Assembly (NCBI GenBank): GCA_905233185.1
Contig: CAJODB010000004.1
Location: 13,984-77,983, forward strand
DNA from: an uncultured Alphaproteobacteria bacterium
GTDB taxonomy: Bacteria; Pseudomonadota; Alphaproteobacteria; UBA3830
Direction: 5' to 3'
Length of the DNA: 64,000 nucleotides
The position numbers and the translations under genes were made by a program. Below are positions 1 to 12,801 of this stretch, piece by piece; position 1 is the stretch's first letter, and the number at the start of each line of letters is the position of its first letter. The notes under the pieces are model-generated. The model worked only from the letters and a program-made list of their open reading frames with translations. It ran no database searches and had not been told where the DNA came from.

Positions 1-1
1 T

Positions 2-928
2 GATAAAGTTTTCTGCTTTACACCTGATGGAAAGCTGATAAAGCTTCCGAGAGGGGCTACTGCAGTTGATTTTGCGTACGAAGTGCATACGGATATCGGA
101 AATACCTGCACAGGAGTACAAATAAACGGGAAAATTGCTGATTTTCGAACAGTTTTAAAGAACGGTGACCAGGTAAATATTATAACATCGCCGCAACAAG
201 TCCCTGATCCATCTTGGGAACGATTCGTAGTGACGGGAAAGGCGAAGTCCTGTATCAAGAAGTACATAAAGAACAAGAGTCGAGCGGAATTTACGGAGCT
301 TGGATCGCAGCTTGTGCGCAATATTTTCTTGGCATATGGAGTTACTTTTTCAGAGGACATTCTTAACTACAAAAAGTTCGGCTATTCGACGCTTGATAGC
401 TTCTTCTATAACGTAGGCAAAGGTATTATCTCGCTAAACAGAATTCGCATGCTTGTATCGAGCAAAGGAGATAACAGACTTATAGCAAGAGAAAAGCCGC
501 TTGTGTTGGAGAAATTTACGATCGGTATTGCAGTACACTTTTCAGATTGCTGTAGCCCGATTATAGGAGATAAAATTGTAGGAGTGTTCTCGCCACCGCG
601 TGGATTGGTTGTGCATTTGAGTAATTGCGCGAATCTGTCTAACGAAAAAGAATTTATCAGCATGAAATGGCACGAGAATGAAGATACAAATTCGGCGTTT
701 ATTGCTAGATTGCGCATTGTTATAGCGAATCAAAAGGACAGCTTTGCGATGATAACAAATATTATCAGTTCGGCGGGAGCAAGTATTACAAATATCAAAG
801 TCGAATATCGATCGGCGAATTTGTTTGATTTGCTGGTAGATGTAAAAGCGGATAACGTTGTTCTTCTAGGAGAAATACAGGCATCTCTGCGCTTGTGCTC
901 AAATGTTCGAGTCGTACAGAGGTTGTGA
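2..928 (+). CDS. spoT: RelA/SpoT-family (p)ppGpp synthetase/hydrolase, C-terminal part (TGS and ACT regions); 5' end outside window
   Basis: Frame is open from nt 2. DKVFCFTPDGKLIKLPRGATAVDFAYEVHTDIG...NGDQVNIITS matches the TGS domain of RelA/SpoT proteins, and the C-terminal ~80 aa look ACT-like. The ORF-track start at 83 is only the first in-frame GTG. Confidence 0.85.
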   Translation, partial: DKVFCFTPDGKLIKLPRGATAVDFAYEVHTDIGNTCTGVQINGKIADFRTVLKNGDQVNIITSPQQVPDPSWERFVVTGKAKSCIKKYIKNKSRAEFTELGSQLVRNIFLAYGVTFSEDILNYKKFGYSTLDSFFYNVGKGIISLNRIRMLVSSKGDNRLIAREKPLVLEKFTIGIAVHFSDCCSPIIGDKIVGVFSPPRGLVVHLSNCANLSNEKEFISMKWHENEDTNSAFIARLRIVIANQKDSFAMITNIISSAGASITNIKVEYRSANLFDLLVDVKADNVVLLGEIQASLRLCSNVRVVQRL

Positions 929-1015
929 AAGAAAAGAATTTTCTCCGTTTTTCCCTGTCTTCTTTATTAATTATCATAATCATTAATACAATCTTAATAA
1001 ATTGTCCTCAAACTA

Positions 1016-1044
1016 TTGACTAATTCACTAACATCAAGTAATAT
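1016..1044 (+). promoter_or_regulatory. candidate sigma70 promoter of the str operon
   Basis: TTGACT, 17 nt spacer, TAATAT read directly; about 180 nt upstream of the rpsL ATG. Confidence 0.5.
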
Positions 1045-1222
1045 CCTGCTCTCAAGAGGTTGATGTGTATCTTCTGTTCGATTGAAATAACTCGAATTAC
1101 TGTTATGTACACAAAAAAATGCTCTTGCCGATGAAAATTGGCTTGCAAGCTTTGTTGTTATTTTAGTATGTTATGCTATCGATCTTTTGATTAGTTAAGA
1201 TTTTGTTAAAGGAAGGGGGCTC

Positions 1223-1594
1223 ATGCCTACAATTAACCAGCTGATTAGGAGTCCAAGAAAGGACGTCGCTAAGAGAAATAAAGTTCCTGCGCTTTTATCT
1301 TGTCCGCAGAGACGTGGTGTTTGTACTCGTGTTACTACGACTACGCCAAAGAAGCCTAACTCGGCATTAAGAAAGATCGCTCGTGTTCGTTTAACAAGCG
1401 GTTTTGAGGTTACATGTTATATTCCTGGCGAGGGACACAATCTTCAAGAGCACTCTGTTGTTCTGATTAGAGGTGGGCGTGTAAAAGACCTTCCGGGTGT
1501 GCGTTATCATATTATTCGTGGTGCGTTGGATACCCAAGGAGTAAAAGACAGGAAGCAAGGCCGTTCTAAGTACGGTGTTAAGAGACCTAAATAA
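1223..1594 (+). CDS. rpsL: 30S ribosomal protein S12
   Basis: MPTINQLIR...[10 protein letters not shown] signature; GGAAGGGGG RBS; first gene of the rpsL-rpsG-fusA-tuf order. Confidence 0.98.
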   Translation: MPTINQLIRSPRKDVAKRNKVPALLSCPQRRGVCTRVTTTTPKKPNSALRKIARVRLTSGFEVTCYIPGEGHNLQEHSVVLIRGGRVKDLPGVRYHIIRGALDTQGVKDRKQGRSKYGVKRPK

Positions 1595-1599
1595 GATAG

Positions 1600-2082
<483 letters not shown>

Positions 2083-2084
2083 CA

Positions 2085-4178
2085 ATGGCTAGAAAAACTC
2101 CGATCGATAAGTATCGTAACATAGGAATTATGGCGCACATTGACGCCGGAAAAACTACTACGACAGAAAGAATCCTGTTTTATACCGGTCGTTCTCATAA
2201 AATTGGCGAAGTCCATGAAGGCGCAGCTACAATGGACTGGATGGAGCAAGAACAGGAGCGTGGTATTACAATTACTTCCGCAGCTACTACTTGTTATTGG
2301 AAAAATCACAGAATCAATATCATCGATACTCCGGGGCACGTTGATTTTACTGTCGAAGTTGAGCGTTCTTTGCGTGTTTTGGACGGCGCGATTGCTGTTT
2401 TTGATGGAGTTGCGGGCGTTGAACCTCAGTCTGAGACGGTTTGGCGTCAGGCCGATAAATATAACGTTCCTAGAATCTGTTTTGTTAACAAAATGGACCG
2501 TACAGGAGCGAATTTTTTCCGTTGCGTTGATATGATCGTTGATCGTCTTGGTGCAAAGCCTATGGTTATGCAATTTCCTGATGGTTTGGAAAGCGATTTT
2601 ATCGGCGTAATCGATGTTTTGAGAATGAAGGCTTACCATTGGAAAGATGAAACAATGGGAGCGGAGTACGAGACAATCGAAATTCCAGCGAAATATGCTG
2701 AACAAGCTGCGGATTACCATAATAAATTAGTAGAAATGGCTGTTGAACAAGATGACGCTATTATGGAGGCGTATCTTGAAGGAAAAGAGCCAACGATTGA
2801 GCAGTTAGTCGCTTGCATCAGAAAAGGGACTATTTCGGGCGCGTTTGTTCCTGTTTTTTGCGGAAGTGCTTTTAAAAATAAGGGTGTTCAAACGCTTTTG
2901 GATGGCGTTGTTGATTATTTGCCATCTCCTGCTGATGTTGGAGAAATTTCTGGCTTCAATATCGATACAAAAGAGGCGATTAAGCGTCAATTGAATGATA
3001 ATGAGCCTTTGTCCGCACTTGCGTTCAAGGTTATGGCTGATCCATTTGTCGGCTCATTGACCTTTGTCCGCGTTTATTCAGGCGTTTTAGAAGCCGGAAG
3101 TTATGTTTTGAATTCTACAAAAGGCGAGCGTGAAAGAATCGGTCGCCTTCTTCTTATGCATGCAAACAACAGAGAGGATATCAAAGAGGCTTATGCGGGG
3201 GATATCGTTGCCGTGTGTGGTCTGAAGTATTCAACTACGGGCGATACTCTTTGCGATACAAATAAACCTCTGTTGCTTGAGAAGATGGAGTTTCCGGATC
3301 CTGTTATTGAGGTTGCGGTTGAACCAAAATCAAAAGCGGATCAGGAGAAAATGGGTATTGCTCTTTCGCGTTTGGCTGCGGAAGATCCTTCTTTCAGAGT
3401 CAGTTCGAACGTTGAAACAGGGCAAACAATCATTAAAGGAATGGGCGAACTTCATCTTGAGATCATTGTTGATCGTATGAAGAGAGAGTTTAAGGTTGAA
3501 GCAAATGTTGGTGCTCCTCAAGTCGCGTATAGAGAGACCATTTCCAAGCCAGCAGAGATTGATTATGTGCATAAAAAACAATCTGGAGGTGCTGGTCAAT
3601 TTGCTAAGGTTGTTATACAATTCGAACCAGGTGATTTTGCTACAGGTCTTGAGTTTGAAAGCAAGATTTTTGGTGGCGCAGTTCCGAAAGAGTACATTCC
3701 AGGTGTTGAAAAAGGCTTAAAGAGCGTTGCCGAATCGGGATGTTTGATTGGATTTCCGATTGTCGGAGTAAAATGCACACTTGTTGACGGTGCTTATCAC
3801 GATGTTGACTCGAGCGTTTTGGCGTTCGAAATTGCCGCACGTGGGGCTTTTAAGGAAGCGATGGGCAAGTGTGGCGCAAAGATATTAGAGCCGATCATGT
3901 CGGTTGAGGTTGTTACCCCAGAGGATTATATGGGGGATATTATAGGTGATCTTAACAGCCGTCGTGGTCAGGTTATAGGTATGGATCAAAGAGCGAATGC
4001 TCGCGTAATTTCAGCTGAAGTTCCTTTAGCGGAAATGTTTGGGTACGTGAACACTTTACGCTCTATGAGCCAGGGAAGGGCTCAATATACAATGCAGTTT
4101 GTTCGTTACGATGTAGTTCCGTCTCACGTAGCGGATAAAGTCATTGCTGAGCACAAGGGTATTGTAAAAAGTGAATAA
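2085..4178 (+). CDS. fusA: elongation factor G
   Basis: [29 protein letters not shown]1 motif, [12 protein letters not shown]. Start moved to ATG 2085 just after the rpsG stop. Confidence 0.98.
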   Translation: MARKTPIDKYRNIGIMAHIDAGKTTTTERILFYTGRSHKIGEVHEGAATMDWMEQEQERGITITSAATTCYWKNHRINIIDTPGHVDFTVEVERSLRVLDGAIAVFDGVAGVEPQSETVWRQADKYNVPRICFVNKMDRTGANFFRCVDMIVDRLGAKPMVMQFPDGLESDFIGVIDVLRMKAYHWKDETMGAEYETIEIPAKYAEQAADYHNKLVEMAVEQDDAIMEAYLEGKEPTIEQLVACIRKGTISGAFVPVFCGSAFKNKGVQTLLDGVVDYLPSPADVGEISGFNIDTKEAIKRQLNDNEPLSALAFKVMADPFVGSLTFVRVYSGVLEAGSYVLNSTKGERERIGRLLLMHANNREDIKEAYAGDIVAVCGLKYSTTGDTLCDTNKPLLLEKMEFPDPVIEVAVEPKSKADQEKMGIALSRLAAEDPSFRVSSNVETGQTIIKGMGELHLEIIVDRMKREFKVEANVGAPQVAYRETISKPAEIDYVHKKQSGGAGQFAKVVIQFEPGDFATGLEFESKIFGGAVPKEYIPGVEKGLKSVAESGCLIGFPIVGVKCTLVDGAYHDVDSSVLAFEIAARGAFKEAMGKCGAKILEPIMSVEVVTPEDYMGDIIGDLNSRRGQVIGMDQRANARVISAEVPLAEMFGYVNTLRSMSQGRAQYTMQFVRYDVVPSHVADKVIAEHKGIVKSE

Positions 4179-4193
4179 TTAAGGAGAAAACAG

Positions 4194-5384
4194 ATGAGTA
4201 AGGTCAAATTTGAAAGATCTAAACCACACTGCAATATCGGTACTATCGGTCACGTTGACCATGGTAAGACGACATTGACAGCTGCTATTACAAAAGTATT
4301 GGCAGAGGCCGGTGGAGCCAGTTTTACAGCCTATGATCAGATCGATAAGGCGCCTGAAGAAAGAGCTCGTGGTATCACCATCAGCACTGCGCACGTTGAG
4401 TATGAGACTCCAAAGAGACATTATGCACACGTTGACTGCCCGGGTCACGCTGACTACGTTAAGAACATGATTACCGGTGCTGCTCAAATGGACGGTGCAA
4501 TCTTGGTTGTCTCCGGAACAGACAGTGTTATGCCTCAAACAAAAGAGCATATTCTTCTCGCACGTCAGGTTGGTGTTCCTGCGTTGGTCGTTTTCATCAA
4601 CAAAGTCGATATGGTTGATGATCCTGACATGTTGGAGTTGGTCGAAGAAGAAATCAAAGATACTTTGCGTAAATATGAGTTTCCAGCAGATGAGATTCCA
4701 ATCATCAAGGGAAGTGCTCTTTGTGCATTGGAAGGAAAGAATGACGAAATCGGAAAAAATAAGATCATTGAATTGATGAATGCAATTGATTCATATATTC
4801 CGCAACCAGAGCGTCCAAAAGATAAGCCTTTCTTGTGCCCAATCGAAGACGTTTTCTCAATTTCGGGTCGTGGTACAGTTGTTACAGGTCGTGTTGAGCG
4901 TGGTATCATTAAAGTTGGTGATGAAGTCGAGATCGTTGGTATCAGACCAACCACAAAAACTGTTGTTACTGGCGTCGAAATGTTCCGTAAATTATTGGAT
5001 CAAGGTGAAGCTGGTGATAACTTGGGTTGCTTGCTCCGTGGTACAAAGCGTGATGAAGTCGAGCGTGGTCAAGTTCTTGCTGCTCCAGGAACGATTACTC
5101 CGCACACAAAGTTCGAGTGCGAGGCCTATATCTTGAACAAAGATGAAGGTGGTCGTCATACCCCGTTCTTCAACGGATATCGTCCTCAATTCTATTTCAG
5201 AACAACTGACGTGACAGGTAACGTTACCCTTCAGGAAGGTGTTGAAATGGTCATGCCAGGCGATAACGTTAGATTAAGCGTTGAGCTTATTGCTCCTATC
5301 GCTATGGATGAAGGTCTTAGATTCGCTATTCGCGAAGGTGGTCGCACGGTTGGTGCCGGTGTTGTCACTAAGATCATAGCTTAA
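4194..5384 (+). CDS. tuf: elongation factor Tu
   Basis: [22 protein letters not shown] motifs; 396 aa; AAGGAG RBS. Confidence 0.98.
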   Translation: MSKVKFERSKPHCNIGTIGHVDHGKTTLTAAITKVLAEAGGASFTAYDQIDKAPEERARGITISTAHVEYETPKRHYAHVDCPGHADYVKNMITGAAQMDGAILVVSGTDSVMPQTKEHILLARQVGVPALVVFINKVDMVDDPDMLELVEEEIKDTLRKYEFPADEIPIIKGSALCALEGKNDEIGKNKIIELMNAIDSYIPQPERPKDKPFLCPIEDVFSISGRGTVVTGRVERGIIKVGDEVEIVGIRPTTKTVVTGVEMFRKLLDQGEAGDNLGCLLRGTKRDEVERGQVLAAPGTITPHTKFECEAYILNKDEGGRHTPFFNGYRPQFYFRTTDVTGNVTLQEGVEMVMPGDNVRLSVELIAPIAMDEGLRFAIREGGRTVGAGVVTKIIA

Positions 5385-5407
5385 GTTTTTCGGAAGGGGA
5401 TGGAATC

Positions 5408-5722
5408 ATGAATGCTCAGTGTATTCGCATATGTCTTAGGGCGTATGATCACAGGATTTTGGATTATTCCACAAGAGAGATTGTTATGACCGCAAAAAGG
5501 ACGGGTGCGACTGTTCGTGGTCCTGTCCCTCTTCCAAATAGGATCGAGCGTTTTACGGTTTTGATGAGTCCTCACAAGGACAAGAAGTCTCGCGAGCAGT
5601 TTGAGCAGAGAACCCACAAAAGATTAGTTGATATTGTGGATTGTCCGCCTCAAACAGTCGATGCTCTGATGAAATTGGAGCTGGCGGCTGGTGTAGACGT
5701 TGAGATAAAACTATTGGGTTAG
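5408..5722 (+). CDS. rpsJ: 30S ribosomal protein S10
   Basis: [14 protein letters not shown]...GPVPLP signature; first gene of the S10 operon. Confidence 0.97.
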   Translation: MNAQCIRICLRAYDHRILDYSTREIVMTAKRTGATVRGPVPLPNRIERFTVLMSPHKDKKSREQFEQRTHKRLVDIVDCPPQTVDALMKLELAAGVDVEIKLLG

Positions 5723-5726
5723 TGCT

Positions 5727-6356
5727 ATGCGTTCTGGATTATTAGGTAAAAAGTTAGGCATGACGCGAATCTTTGCTGATGATGGTCGTCAATATGCCGT
5801 TACAGTGTTGAAAATCGAGCCGCACAATGTTATCGCGCATAAGACTGCCGATAAACATGGCTATGATGCAGTAGTTGTAGGGACGATCGAGACTGAAGAA
5901 AACAAATTAAACAAGCCAATGAGAGGTTTTTTTAAGGCTCTTGGCGGAAAATATTACAAAAAACTTCATGAGTTTAGAGTCGAATCCGAAAATATGTTGG
6001 CTATAGGAAGCACTTATGGTGCTGATATCTTTACTTCAGGACAGTTCGTGGATATTACGGGCACTTCCATTGGTAAAGGATTTGCTGGACCTATGAAACG
6101 TCATAATTTCGGTGGTTTGAGAGCAACTCACGGTGTATCTCTGTCTCATAGGAGCCATGGTTCCACTGGTAACAGAGAGGATCCGGGAAAGGTCTTTAAA
6201 GGCAAGAGAATGGCTGGTCATATGGGTAGCGAAACAGTAACCTTGCAAAATTTGGTGGTTCACGGAACAGATGGCGATCTTCTTTTAATTCGTGGCGGAG
6301 TTCCGGGACCTGAAGGCGGTTACGTATTGATAAAAGACGCAGTAAAAAGGAAATAA
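5727..6356 (+). CDS. rplC: 50S ribosomal protein L3
   Basis: MRSGLLGKKLGMTRIF N-terminus; operon position. Confidence 0.97.
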   Translation: MRSGLLGKKLGMTRIFADDGRQYAVTVLKIEPHNVIAHKTADKHGYDAVVVGTIETEENKLNKPMRGFFKALGGKYYKKLHEFRVESENMLAIGSTYGADIFTSGQFVDITGTSIGKGFAGPMKRHNFGGLRATHGVSLSHRSHGSTGNREDPGKVFKGKRMAGHMGSETVTLQNLVVHGTDGDLLLIRGGVPGPEGGYVLIKDAVKRK

Positions 6357-6361
6357 CGTTA

Positions 6362-6982
6362 ATGAAACTGCATGTGGTAAAACTAAACGGTGAAGCTAGT
6401 GGCGATATAGCGCTTGATGATGCCGTATTTAAGATTGAACCGAAAACTGAATGTCTTGCGGATGTTGTAAGATGGCAGTTGGCTCGCAGACAGGCGGGAA
6501 CGCACGCGGTTAAGACTCGTGGTTTCATTAATCGCACGAAAAAAAAGGCTTTTCGTCAGAAGGGGACGGGAAATGCGCGCCATGGAGCCAAGACAGCGAA
6601 TATATTCGTCGGCGGCGGTGTGGTATTTGGTCCAACTCCAAGATCTCATGACTTTAAAATCAATAAAAAAGTCAGAATTCTTGCGTTAAAGACTCTCCTT
6701 TCAATAAAAGCCAAAGAGAAAAATCTTGTTATTTGCGAAGATTTGAATATGGAATCTTCTAAAACGAAAGATTTAAAGGAATCTTTGAAAAAAATGAAGT
6801 TGGAATCGGCTCTTTTTGTGGATTCAGCGAATTGTGAGAACTTCAGAAATGCATGTTCGAATATTTATAGAGTCGATGTAATTCCTTCTGCTGGGTTTAA
6901 TGTATATGACGGGTTAAGGCATGAAAAGTTGGTTCTTACCAGAAGTGCCGTTGCCAGTCTTCAAGAGCGTTTGTTAGGATAA
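6362..6982 (+). CDS. rplD: 50S ribosomal protein L4
   Basis: 206 aa, KQKGTGNARHG motif; operon position. Confidence 0.96.
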   Translation: MKLHVVKLNGEASGDIALDDAVFKIEPKTECLADVVRWQLARRQAGTHAVKTRGFINRTKKKAFRQKGTGNARHGAKTANIFVGGGVVFGPTPRSHDFKINKKVRILALKTLLSIKAKEKNLVICEDLNMESSKTKDLKESLKKMKLESALFVDSANCENFRNACSNIYRVDVIPSAGFNVYDGLRHEKLVLTRSAVASLQERLLG

Positions 6983-6987
6983 GTGCC

Positions 6988-7281
6988 ATGATATCAGAGT
7001 ACGATTGCTTAATTGCTCCTGTTATGACAGAAAAAGCAATGAAAGGCGGAGAAGGAGGCAATGCCTTGTACATCTTCACCGTTCTTCCTGAAGCTACAAA
7101 ACTTGATGTAACAAGAGCTGTAGAAAAGGTTTTTTCTGGTGTAAAAGTGGCCAGTGTGAACATTTTGAACAGAAATGGAAAGAAAAAAAGTTTCAGAGGT
7201 AAGCGTGGCGAAACTAAACCGAGAAAGTTAGCGTTTGTCCGTCTTTCTGAAGGTTCTATTAATTTTGAGGGTGGTATCTAA
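6988..7281 (+). CDS. rplW: 50S ribosomal protein L23
   Basis: 97 aa, [10 protein letters not shown] motif; operon position. Confidence 0.96.
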   Translation: MISEYDCLIAPVMTEKAMKGGEGGNALYIFTVLPEATKLDVTRAVEKVFSGVKVASVNILNRNGKKKSFRGKRGETKPRKLAFVRLSEGSINFEGGI

Positions 7282-8108
7282 TGGCCTTAAAATCGTATAA
7301 ACCAGTTACAGCTGGCACAAGAGGGTTAGTCTTGGTTGATAGATCCTCTCTCTGGAGTGGAAGACCATATAAAGGGCTTACTTTTGGTAAATCGTCTACA
7401 GGTGGACGTAACTTTCAAGGTACTATAACCGCTTGGCATAGAGGCGGTGGCCATAAGAAGCTTTATCGTTTCATTGATTTCTTGAGAAATAAAAGAGATA
7501 TGGAGGCAGTTGTCGAAAGAATCGAATACGATCCGAACAGAACAGCGTTTATAGCTCTTATTAAATATACAGACGGTGAATATTCTTATATTATCGCTCC
7601 TCAAAGATTGGCTGTAGGCGATAAGGTTATTTCCGCAGATAAAGCCGATGTGAAAGTCGGAAATTGCATGAAGATGATAAATATTCCTGTCGGTACAATT
7701 GTTCATAACATCGAATTGAAAGTCGACAAAGGCGCTCAGTATGTTCGCTCTGCGGGTACATATGGCCAAATTGTTGGGCGTGATTCAGGAAAAGTCATTG
7801 TGAAGTTATCTTCCGGAGAAGTACGGTTGATAAATGGTGAATGTCGTGCTACTATTGGCGCAGTTTCGAACCAGGATCAGAAAAATATTAATCTTGGCAA
7901 GGCTGGGCGTAGTCGTTGGATGGGGTGGCGTCCTGTAAACAGAGGTTCTGCTATGAACCCGATCGATCACCCTCATGGTGGTGGTGAAGGTAAGACTAAA
8001 AGCGGAAGACAACCTGTTACTCCTTGGGGAAAACCTACGAAGGGTTATAAAACAAGAAGAAAGGCTAAGCAGTCTGATAAGTTTATTTTGACGCGTAGAA
8101 AGAAATAG
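7281..8108 (+). CDS. rplB: 50S ribosomal protein L2
   Basis: 275 aa, [14 protein letters not shown] motif. Confidence 0.98.
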   Translation: MALKSYKPVTAGTRGLVLVDRSSLWSGRPYKGLTFGKSSTGGRNFQGTITAWHRGGGHKKLYRFIDFLRNKRDMEAVVERIEYDPNRTAFIALIKYTDGEYSYIIAPQRLAVGDKVISADKADVKVGNCMKMINIPVGTIVHNIELKVDKGAQYVRSAGTYGQIVGRDSGKVIVKLSSGEVRLINGECRATIGAVSNQDQKNINLGKAGRSRWMGWRPVNRGSAMNPIDHPHGGGEGKTKSGRQPVTPWGKPTKGYKTRRKAKQSDKFILTRRKK

Positions 8109-8117
8109 GTGATATAA

Positions 8118-8396
8118 GTGGCTCGTTCAGTGTGGAAAGGTCCGTTTGTTGACGGATATTTGATAAAAAAAGTCAAGGCGTTGCTTGAATCAGGTCGCCG
8201 TGATCCTATAAAAACTTGGTCTAGGCGTTCAACGATAATTCCTGATTTCGTTGGTGTTACATTTTCAGTCCATAATGGCCGTAAGTTTATTCCTGTGCTT
8301 GTTACAGAAGAAATGGTTGGTCATAAGCTCGGCGAATTTTCTCCGACAAGGACTTTCAATGGTCATGCCGGTGATAAGAAAGTAAAGAAGGACTAA
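8118..8396 (+). CDS. rpsS: 30S ribosomal protein S19
   Basis: GTG start, [22 protein letters not shown]. Confidence 0.97.
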   Translation: MARSVWKGPFVDGYLIKKVKALLESGRRDPIKTWSRRSTIIPDFVGVTFSVHNGRKFIPVLVTEEMVGHKLGEFSPTRTFNGHAGDKKVKKD

Positions 8397-8397
8397 T

Positions 8398-8769
8398 ATG
8401 AGCAAGAGGTTACGAATCAAACCAGTTTCTGTGGATGTAGTGGCTAAGGATCGTATGATTCTTGCTTCTCCGCGAAAGGTTAATTTGGTTGCGAAATTGA
8501 TTAGAGGAATGCCGGTTAGTAAGGCGCTCGATCAGTTAAAATTCTGCAATAAGGCAGTAGCTGAGGATGTCAGAAAGACGGTTTTGTCTGCTGTGTCCAA
8601 TGCTGAGATGAATCACGGTTTGGATATTGATCTTTTAAGAGTAAAAGAAGCTTATGTCGGGAAAGCTCTCACGCTCAGAAGATTTATGGCGCGCGCAAAA
8701 GGAAGCGGGAGTCCAATCTTCAAGAGATTTAGTCGTTTAACTGTTGTATTGTGTGAGACAGAGGGTTGA
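8398..8769 (+). CDS. rplV: 50S ribosomal protein L22
   Basis: 123 aa; [14 protein letters not shown] motif; operon position. Confidence 0.96.
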   Translation: MSKRLRIKPVSVDVVAKDRMILASPRKVNLVAKLIRGMPVSKALDQLKFCNKAVAEDVRKTVLSAVSNAEMNHGLDIDLLRVKEAYVGKALTLRRFMARAKGSGSPIFKRFSRLTVVLCETEG

Positions 8770-8770
8770 A

Positions 8771-9463
8771 ATGGGACAAAAGATAAATCCGAATTCGCTT
8801 CGTCTGGGTATTATCCGCAATTGGAATTCTAACTGGTTTTCGAAAAACGAATATGCAAAATTATTGCGCCAGGATTATGATTTGAGGAAGTTCCTCAATG
8901 AGAGACTTAAGGCTGCGGGTATTTCGAAGGTTACTTTGGAGAGATTGGCTAAGAAAGTTGTGGTTACTTTGCATACGGCTCGACCAGGCGTGATTATCGG
9001 AAAAAAAGGCAATGAAATCGAAAAATTACGCACTGATTTAATGGGCTTTGTCGGTTCTGATGTTGTGCTGAACCTTGTAGAAGTACGTAAGCCGGAAGTT
9101 GATGCCAAGTTGGTCGCTGAATCCATTGCATCTCAAATTGAGAAAAGAGTCGGTTTCCGCAGAGCTGTAAAAAGGGCGATGCAGTCGACATTGAGAGCTG
9201 GCGGTCTTGGAATTCGCGTAAATTGCTCTGGGCGTCTTGGTGGCGCTGAAATCGCAAGAATGGAGTGGTATCGTGATGGTGCGGTTCCTTTGCAGACATT
9301 GCGCGCTGATATCGATTATGGTTTTGCTACTGCATATACCACTTACGGTACGGTTGGAATAAAAGTTTGGATTTATCGCGGAGAGACATTTAACACGAAA
9401 AATGTATTTTTGCCGAAGCGTGTTGGCGATAGGGCCGAAAAGCAAGAAAGAAGCAGGGAGTAG
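8771..9463 (+). CDS. rpsC: 30S ribosomal protein S3
   Basis: [15 protein letters not shown]-terminus at ATG 8771 behind a GAGGG RBS. The ORF-track start at 8744 overlaps rplV. Confidence 0.97.
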   Translation: MGQKINPNSLRLGIIRNWNSNWFSKNEYAKLLRQDYDLRKFLNERLKAAGISKVTLERLAKKVVVTLHTARPGVIIGKKGNEIEKLRTDLMGFVGSDVVLNLVEVRKPEVDAKLVAESIASQIEKRVGFRRAVKRAMQSTLRAGGLGIRVNCSGRLGGAEIARMEWYRDGAVPLQTLRADIDYGFATAYTTYGTVGIKVWIYRGETFNTKNVFLPKRVGDRAEKQERSRE

Positions 9464-9466
9464 AAG

Positions 9467-9877
9467 ATGTTATCTCCAGCTAAGATAAAGTTCAGAAAAC
9501 ATTTCAAAGGAAAAATACGTGGAGTCGCTACTCGCGGACATCGTTTAAATTTCGGTGCTTTCGGTTTGAAGGCGTTAGAACCTGCTCGTGTTACTGCGGC
9601 TCAAATTGAGGCAGCAAGACGTGCTATTACAAGATGTATGAGACGTGTTGGTAAAGTTTGGATTCGTGTATATCCTGATTTGCCCGTTACCCAAAAACCT
9701 GCTGAAGTCAGAATGGGAAGCGGAAAAGGTGGTGTAGAATATTGGGCGTGCAGAGTCTATCCGGGAACAATTTTGTTTGAAATGGATGGTGTAGAGCCTG
9801 CTGTTGCTATGGAAGCTTTAAATCTTGCTTCTGCGAAGCTGCCTATTCTCACAAAAATAATTACAAGAGGAGAGTAA
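9467..9877 (+). CDS. rplP: 50S ribosomal protein L16
   Basis: [22 protein letters not shown] motifs. Confidence 0.97.
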   Translation: MLSPAKIKFRKHFKGKIRGVATRGHRLNFGAFGLKALEPARVTAAQIEAARRAITRCMRRVGKVWIRVYPDLPVTQKPAEVRMGSGKGGVEYWACRVYPGTILFEMDGVEPAVAMEALNLASAKLPILTKIITRGE

Positions 9878-9880
9878 TAC

Positions 9881-10066
9881 ATGGCAGCTAGAAAGAAAAA
9901 AGAGGCCTCTGCAAACAGCGAGTTAGAAGCCGCAAAACTGGAAGCCATGAGAATCCGTTTTCGTAGGGTTTTAGGCGAAACTGTTCCTGCTCATACAATA
10001 AAGCAGGTTCGCAAAAATGTTGCGAAGTGTGTAATGTCTGGTGAGTTGAGAGGAAAGAATGGCTAG
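9881..10066 (+). CDS. rpmC: 50S ribosomal protein L29
   Basis: 61 aa basic helical protein between rplP and rpsQ. Confidence 0.93.
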   Translation: MAARKKKEASANSELEAAKLEAMRIRFRRVLGETVPAHTIKQVRKNVAKCVMSGELRGKNG

Positions 10067-10301
10067 ACGCATTTTAGAAGGGGTTGTAACCAGTAACGCA
10101 TGCGATAAGACGGTTACCGTTTTAGTTACGCGTCGTGTTATGCATCCTAAGTATAAAAAATATGTGAACGTGACGAAGAAATATCACGCTCATGATGAGA
10201 AAAATGAAGTCAACGTCGGCGATAAAATTGCGATTGCGGAAACAAGTCCTATATCTAAGACGAAGCGTTGGGTTGTCGTTAGCGATCGTGAGGGAGCATA
10301 A
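10059..10301 (+). CDS. rpsQ: 30S ribosomal protein S17
   Basis: 80 aa, [16 protein letters not shown]...HPKYKKY motif. Confidence 0.96.
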   Translation: MARRILEGVVTSNACDKTVTVLVTRRVMHPKYKKYVNVTKKYHAHDEKNEVNVGDKIAIAETSPISKTKRWVVVSDREGA

Positions 10302-10303
10302 CT

Positions 10304-10672
10304 ATGATACAAATGCAATCACGTTTAAATGTTGCAGATAACTCCGGCGCAAAAGAAATTATGTGCATAAAAGTTCTCGGCGGTGCCGGACGTAGGTATG
10401 CAAGAGTCGGAGATATTATTGTTGCTTCTGTAAAAGACGCTATTCCTCGTGGTAAGGTCAAAAAAGGCGATGTAGTACAAGCTGTTGTTGTTAGAACAGC
10501 TTCTGCTATCTATCGTAAAGATGGCAGCGTTATCAGATTTGATAGAAATGCCGCTGTTATAATTAACAAACAGGGTGAACCTATCGGTACTCGTGTTTTC
10601 GGGCCTGTTACGAGGGAACTGCGTTCCAAAAATATGATGAAAATAGTTTCGTTAGCCCCGGAGGTGCTGTAA
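10304..10672 (+). CDS. rplN: 50S ribosomal protein L14
   Basis: [18 protein letters not shown]-terminus. Confidence 0.98.
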   Translation: MIQMQSRLNVADNSGAKEIMCIKVLGGAGRRYARVGDIIVASVKDAIPRGKVKKGDVVQAVVVRTASAIYRKDGSVIRFDRNAAVIINKQGEPIGTRVFGPVTRELRSKNMMKIVSLAPEVL

Positions 10673-10673
10673 T

Positions 10674-10988
10674 ATGGATAAATGGCGCATAAAAAAAGGC
10701 GATACCGTACAGGTTATTGCCGGAAAAGATAAGGGCAAGAGGGGAGAAATCCTCAGTGTCGAAAGGGATGCAAGACGAGTAGTTGTTAAAGATGTAAATG
10801 TCGTTACAAGACATGAAAAACCGTCTATGACGAGCGCTGGCGGTCTTGTTAAGAAAGAGAAATCGATCCATGCATCTAATGTTATGTTGATAGATAGCTC
10901 GGATGATAAGCCAACCAGAGTTGGATTTAAGGTTGTTGATGGTAAGAAAGTACGTTTTTCAAAGCGTACTGGTGCCTTGATTGGATAG
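10674..10988 (+). CDS. rplX: 50S ribosomal protein L24
   Basis: [24 protein letters not shown] motif. Confidence 0.97.
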   Translation: MDKWRIKKGDTVQVIAGKDKGKRGEILSVERDARRVVVKDVNVVTRHEKPSMTSAGGLVKKEKSIHASNVMLIDSSDDKPTRVGFKVVDGKKVRFSKRTGALIG

Positions 10989-11001
10989 ACGTGAGATTAA
11001 T

Positions 11002-11541
11002 ATGGCTCGTTTAAGAGATTTTTACTTCCAGAAAGCTCTTCCTCAGCTGAAAAAAAAGCTGAAATTAGATAATGATCTTCAAGTTCCTAGATTCCAGAAG
11101 ATTGTTATTAATATGGGAATGGGTGAAGCGGTTACTGACAGCAAATACATCAAGCAGGCTGTTGAGGAGTTGACAGCTATAGCCGGTCAAAAGGCGGTTC
11201 CTACAGTTGCGAAAAAATCCATTGCGGGATTTAAGCTTCGTGCGGGGCAGAAAATTGGGGCTATGGTTACTCTTCGTGGTGATAGAATGTATGAATTCTT
11301 GGATCGTTTGATAAATATTGCTCTTCCAAGGGTAAGAGACTTCAGAGGATTACCAAGAAAAGCTTTTGATGGGAACGGCAACTACTCTTTTGGTATAAAA
11401 GAGCAGATCGTGTTTCCTGAAATTGCTGTAAGTAATGTGGAAAATATACACGGAATGAATATTGTTATTGTAACAAGTACTCCTAACTGTGCGCATGCCG
11501 CTGCTTTGTTAGAAGAATTTAACTTTCCGTTTATTTCATAA
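11002..11541 (+). CDS. rplE: 50S ribosomal protein L5
   Basis: MARLRDFY...[15 protein letters not shown]. Start moved to ATG 11002, after the rplX stop. Confidence 0.96.
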   Translation: MARLRDFYFQKALPQLKKKLKLDNDLQVPRFQKIVINMGMGEAVTDSKYIKQAVEELTAIAGQKAVPTVAKKSIAGFKLRAGQKIGAMVTLRGDRMYEFLDRLINIALPRVRDFRGLPRKAFDGNGNYSFGIKEQIVFPEIAVSNVENIHGMNIVIVTSTPNCAHAAALLEEFNFPFIS

Positions 11542-11552
11542 GGAGATTTTGA

Positions 11553-11858
11553 ATGGCTCGCAAAAGTACAATTGAGTCTGTTAAGAGAATTCGTAAATGT
11601 GTAGAGGCGAAGAAGATTACTCGCGCAAAGTTGAAGTCAACTATTATGAACAAGGCGATCGCGCCTGAAGAGCGTTTTGCTGCTCAGTTGAAATTGGCCG
11701 CAATGCCGAGAACGTCTTCAGCAACAAGAATTCGTAATCGTTGCATGATTACGGGACGTGGTCGGGGCGTATACAGGAAATTCAATATTTCTCGTATTAT
11801 GCTTAGAGAAATGGCTGCCGGTGGATTAATTCCAGGCGTTCGCAAAGCAAGTTGGTAG
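11553..11858 (+). CDS. rpsN: 30S ribosomal protein S14 (long, non-zinc type)
   Basis: 101 aa ending [11 protein letters not shown]. Confidence 0.97.
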   Translation: MARKSTIESVKRIRKCVEAKKITRAKLKSTIMNKAIAPEERFAAQLKLAAMPRTSSATRIRNRCMITGRGRGVYRKFNISRIMLREMAAGGLIPGVRKASW

Positions 11859-11870
11859 GAGAATAAAGAC

Positions 11871-12263
11871 ATGATGACCGATCCTATTTCGGATATGCTT
11901 GCAAGAATTAAAAATGCTTGTATGCGTAGTTTTGAAACAGTTGATATCCCATCATCCAAAATAAAGGCAGGAATTCTGAGAGTTCTTGAAAGAGAAGGTT
12001 ATATCAACGGTTTTACAGAGGTTGAGAAAGATAATCGTAAATTTCTCAGAGTTACTTTAAGATATTATGAAGGACGTTCTGTTATTAAGACTCTTGATAG
12101 AGTTTCTAAGCCAAGTCGTCGCGTATATTCTAAGATTAAGAAGGTCGGCGGTGTATTTAATGGCTTCGGTATCTCTATTTTGTCGACTTCTAAGGGCATT
12201 ATGTCTGATGCTGAGGCAAAAGAGCAGAATGTTGGTGGCGAGATTTTGTGTAGGGTGTTCTAA
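11871..12263 (+). CDS. rpsH: 30S ribosomal protein S8
   Basis: MTDPISDMLARIKNA N-terminus. Confidence 0.97.
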   Translation: MMTDPISDMLARIKNACMRSFETVDIPSSKIKAGILRVLEREGYINGFTEVEKDNRKFLRVTLRYYEGRSVIKTLDRVSKPSRRVYSKIKKVGGVFNGFGISILSTSKGIMSDAEAKEQNVGGEILCRVF

Positions 12264-12265
12264 AA

Positions 12266-12799
12266 ATGTCTAGAATTGGAAAGCATCCCATTAATATTCC
12301 TGCTGGTGTTAACGTTACATTCAATAATGGAGTTCTTGTCGGCAAAGGAAAGAACGGGGAATTCGAGTTTAAGGTTCATGAAGTCGTAAAAACCGAGCTG
12401 GTAGATGGTAAAATTATCTTTAAACCAACTAGTGACGATAAATTTGCAAGAGCTATGTGGGGAACATGTCGTTCAATCGTAGCGAAGGCTATTGATGGTT
12501 TATCGACTTTATTTGTAAAGAAAGTAAACTTGGTTGGTGTAGGTTATAAAGCCAGTGTCCAAGGGAAAAATCTTGTGATGCAGCTTGGTTATAGCCATGA
12601 TGTTGTCATTGAGATACCAAGTGACCTGAAAGTAGCCTGTGAAAGTCCTACTACTGTAGTTGTTTCGGGAGCAAATAAACAGAGAGTAGGGGAGTTAATA
12701 AAACAGCTTCAAGCTTACAGGCCTCCAGAGCCGTATAAAGGTAAAGGAGTAATTATTGAAGGACAGTATGTCTATCGTAAAGAAGGAAAGAAGAAATAG
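12266..12799 (+). CDS. rplF: 50S ribosomal protein L6
   Basis: [16 protein letters not shown]-terminus; 177 aa. Confidence 0.97.
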   Translation: MSRIGKHPINIPAGVNVTFNNGVLVGKGKNGEFEFKVHEVVKTELVDGKIIFKPTSDDKFARAMWGTCRSIVAKAIDGLSTLFVKKVNLVGVGYKASVQGKNLVMQLGYSHDVVIEIPSDLKVACESPTTVVVSGANKQRVGELIKQLQAYRPPEPYKGKGVIIEGQYVYRKEGKKK

Positions 12800-12801
12800 C
12801 C

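Noticed and set aside
4480-4530. Divergent EF-Tu segment [12 protein letters not shown] versus the usual VVAATDGPMPQT
   Set aside because: The G motifs and the overall sequence are intact. This probably reflects lineage-specific drift in a fast-evolving endosymbiont-like genome. I cannot evaluate it further without an alignment.
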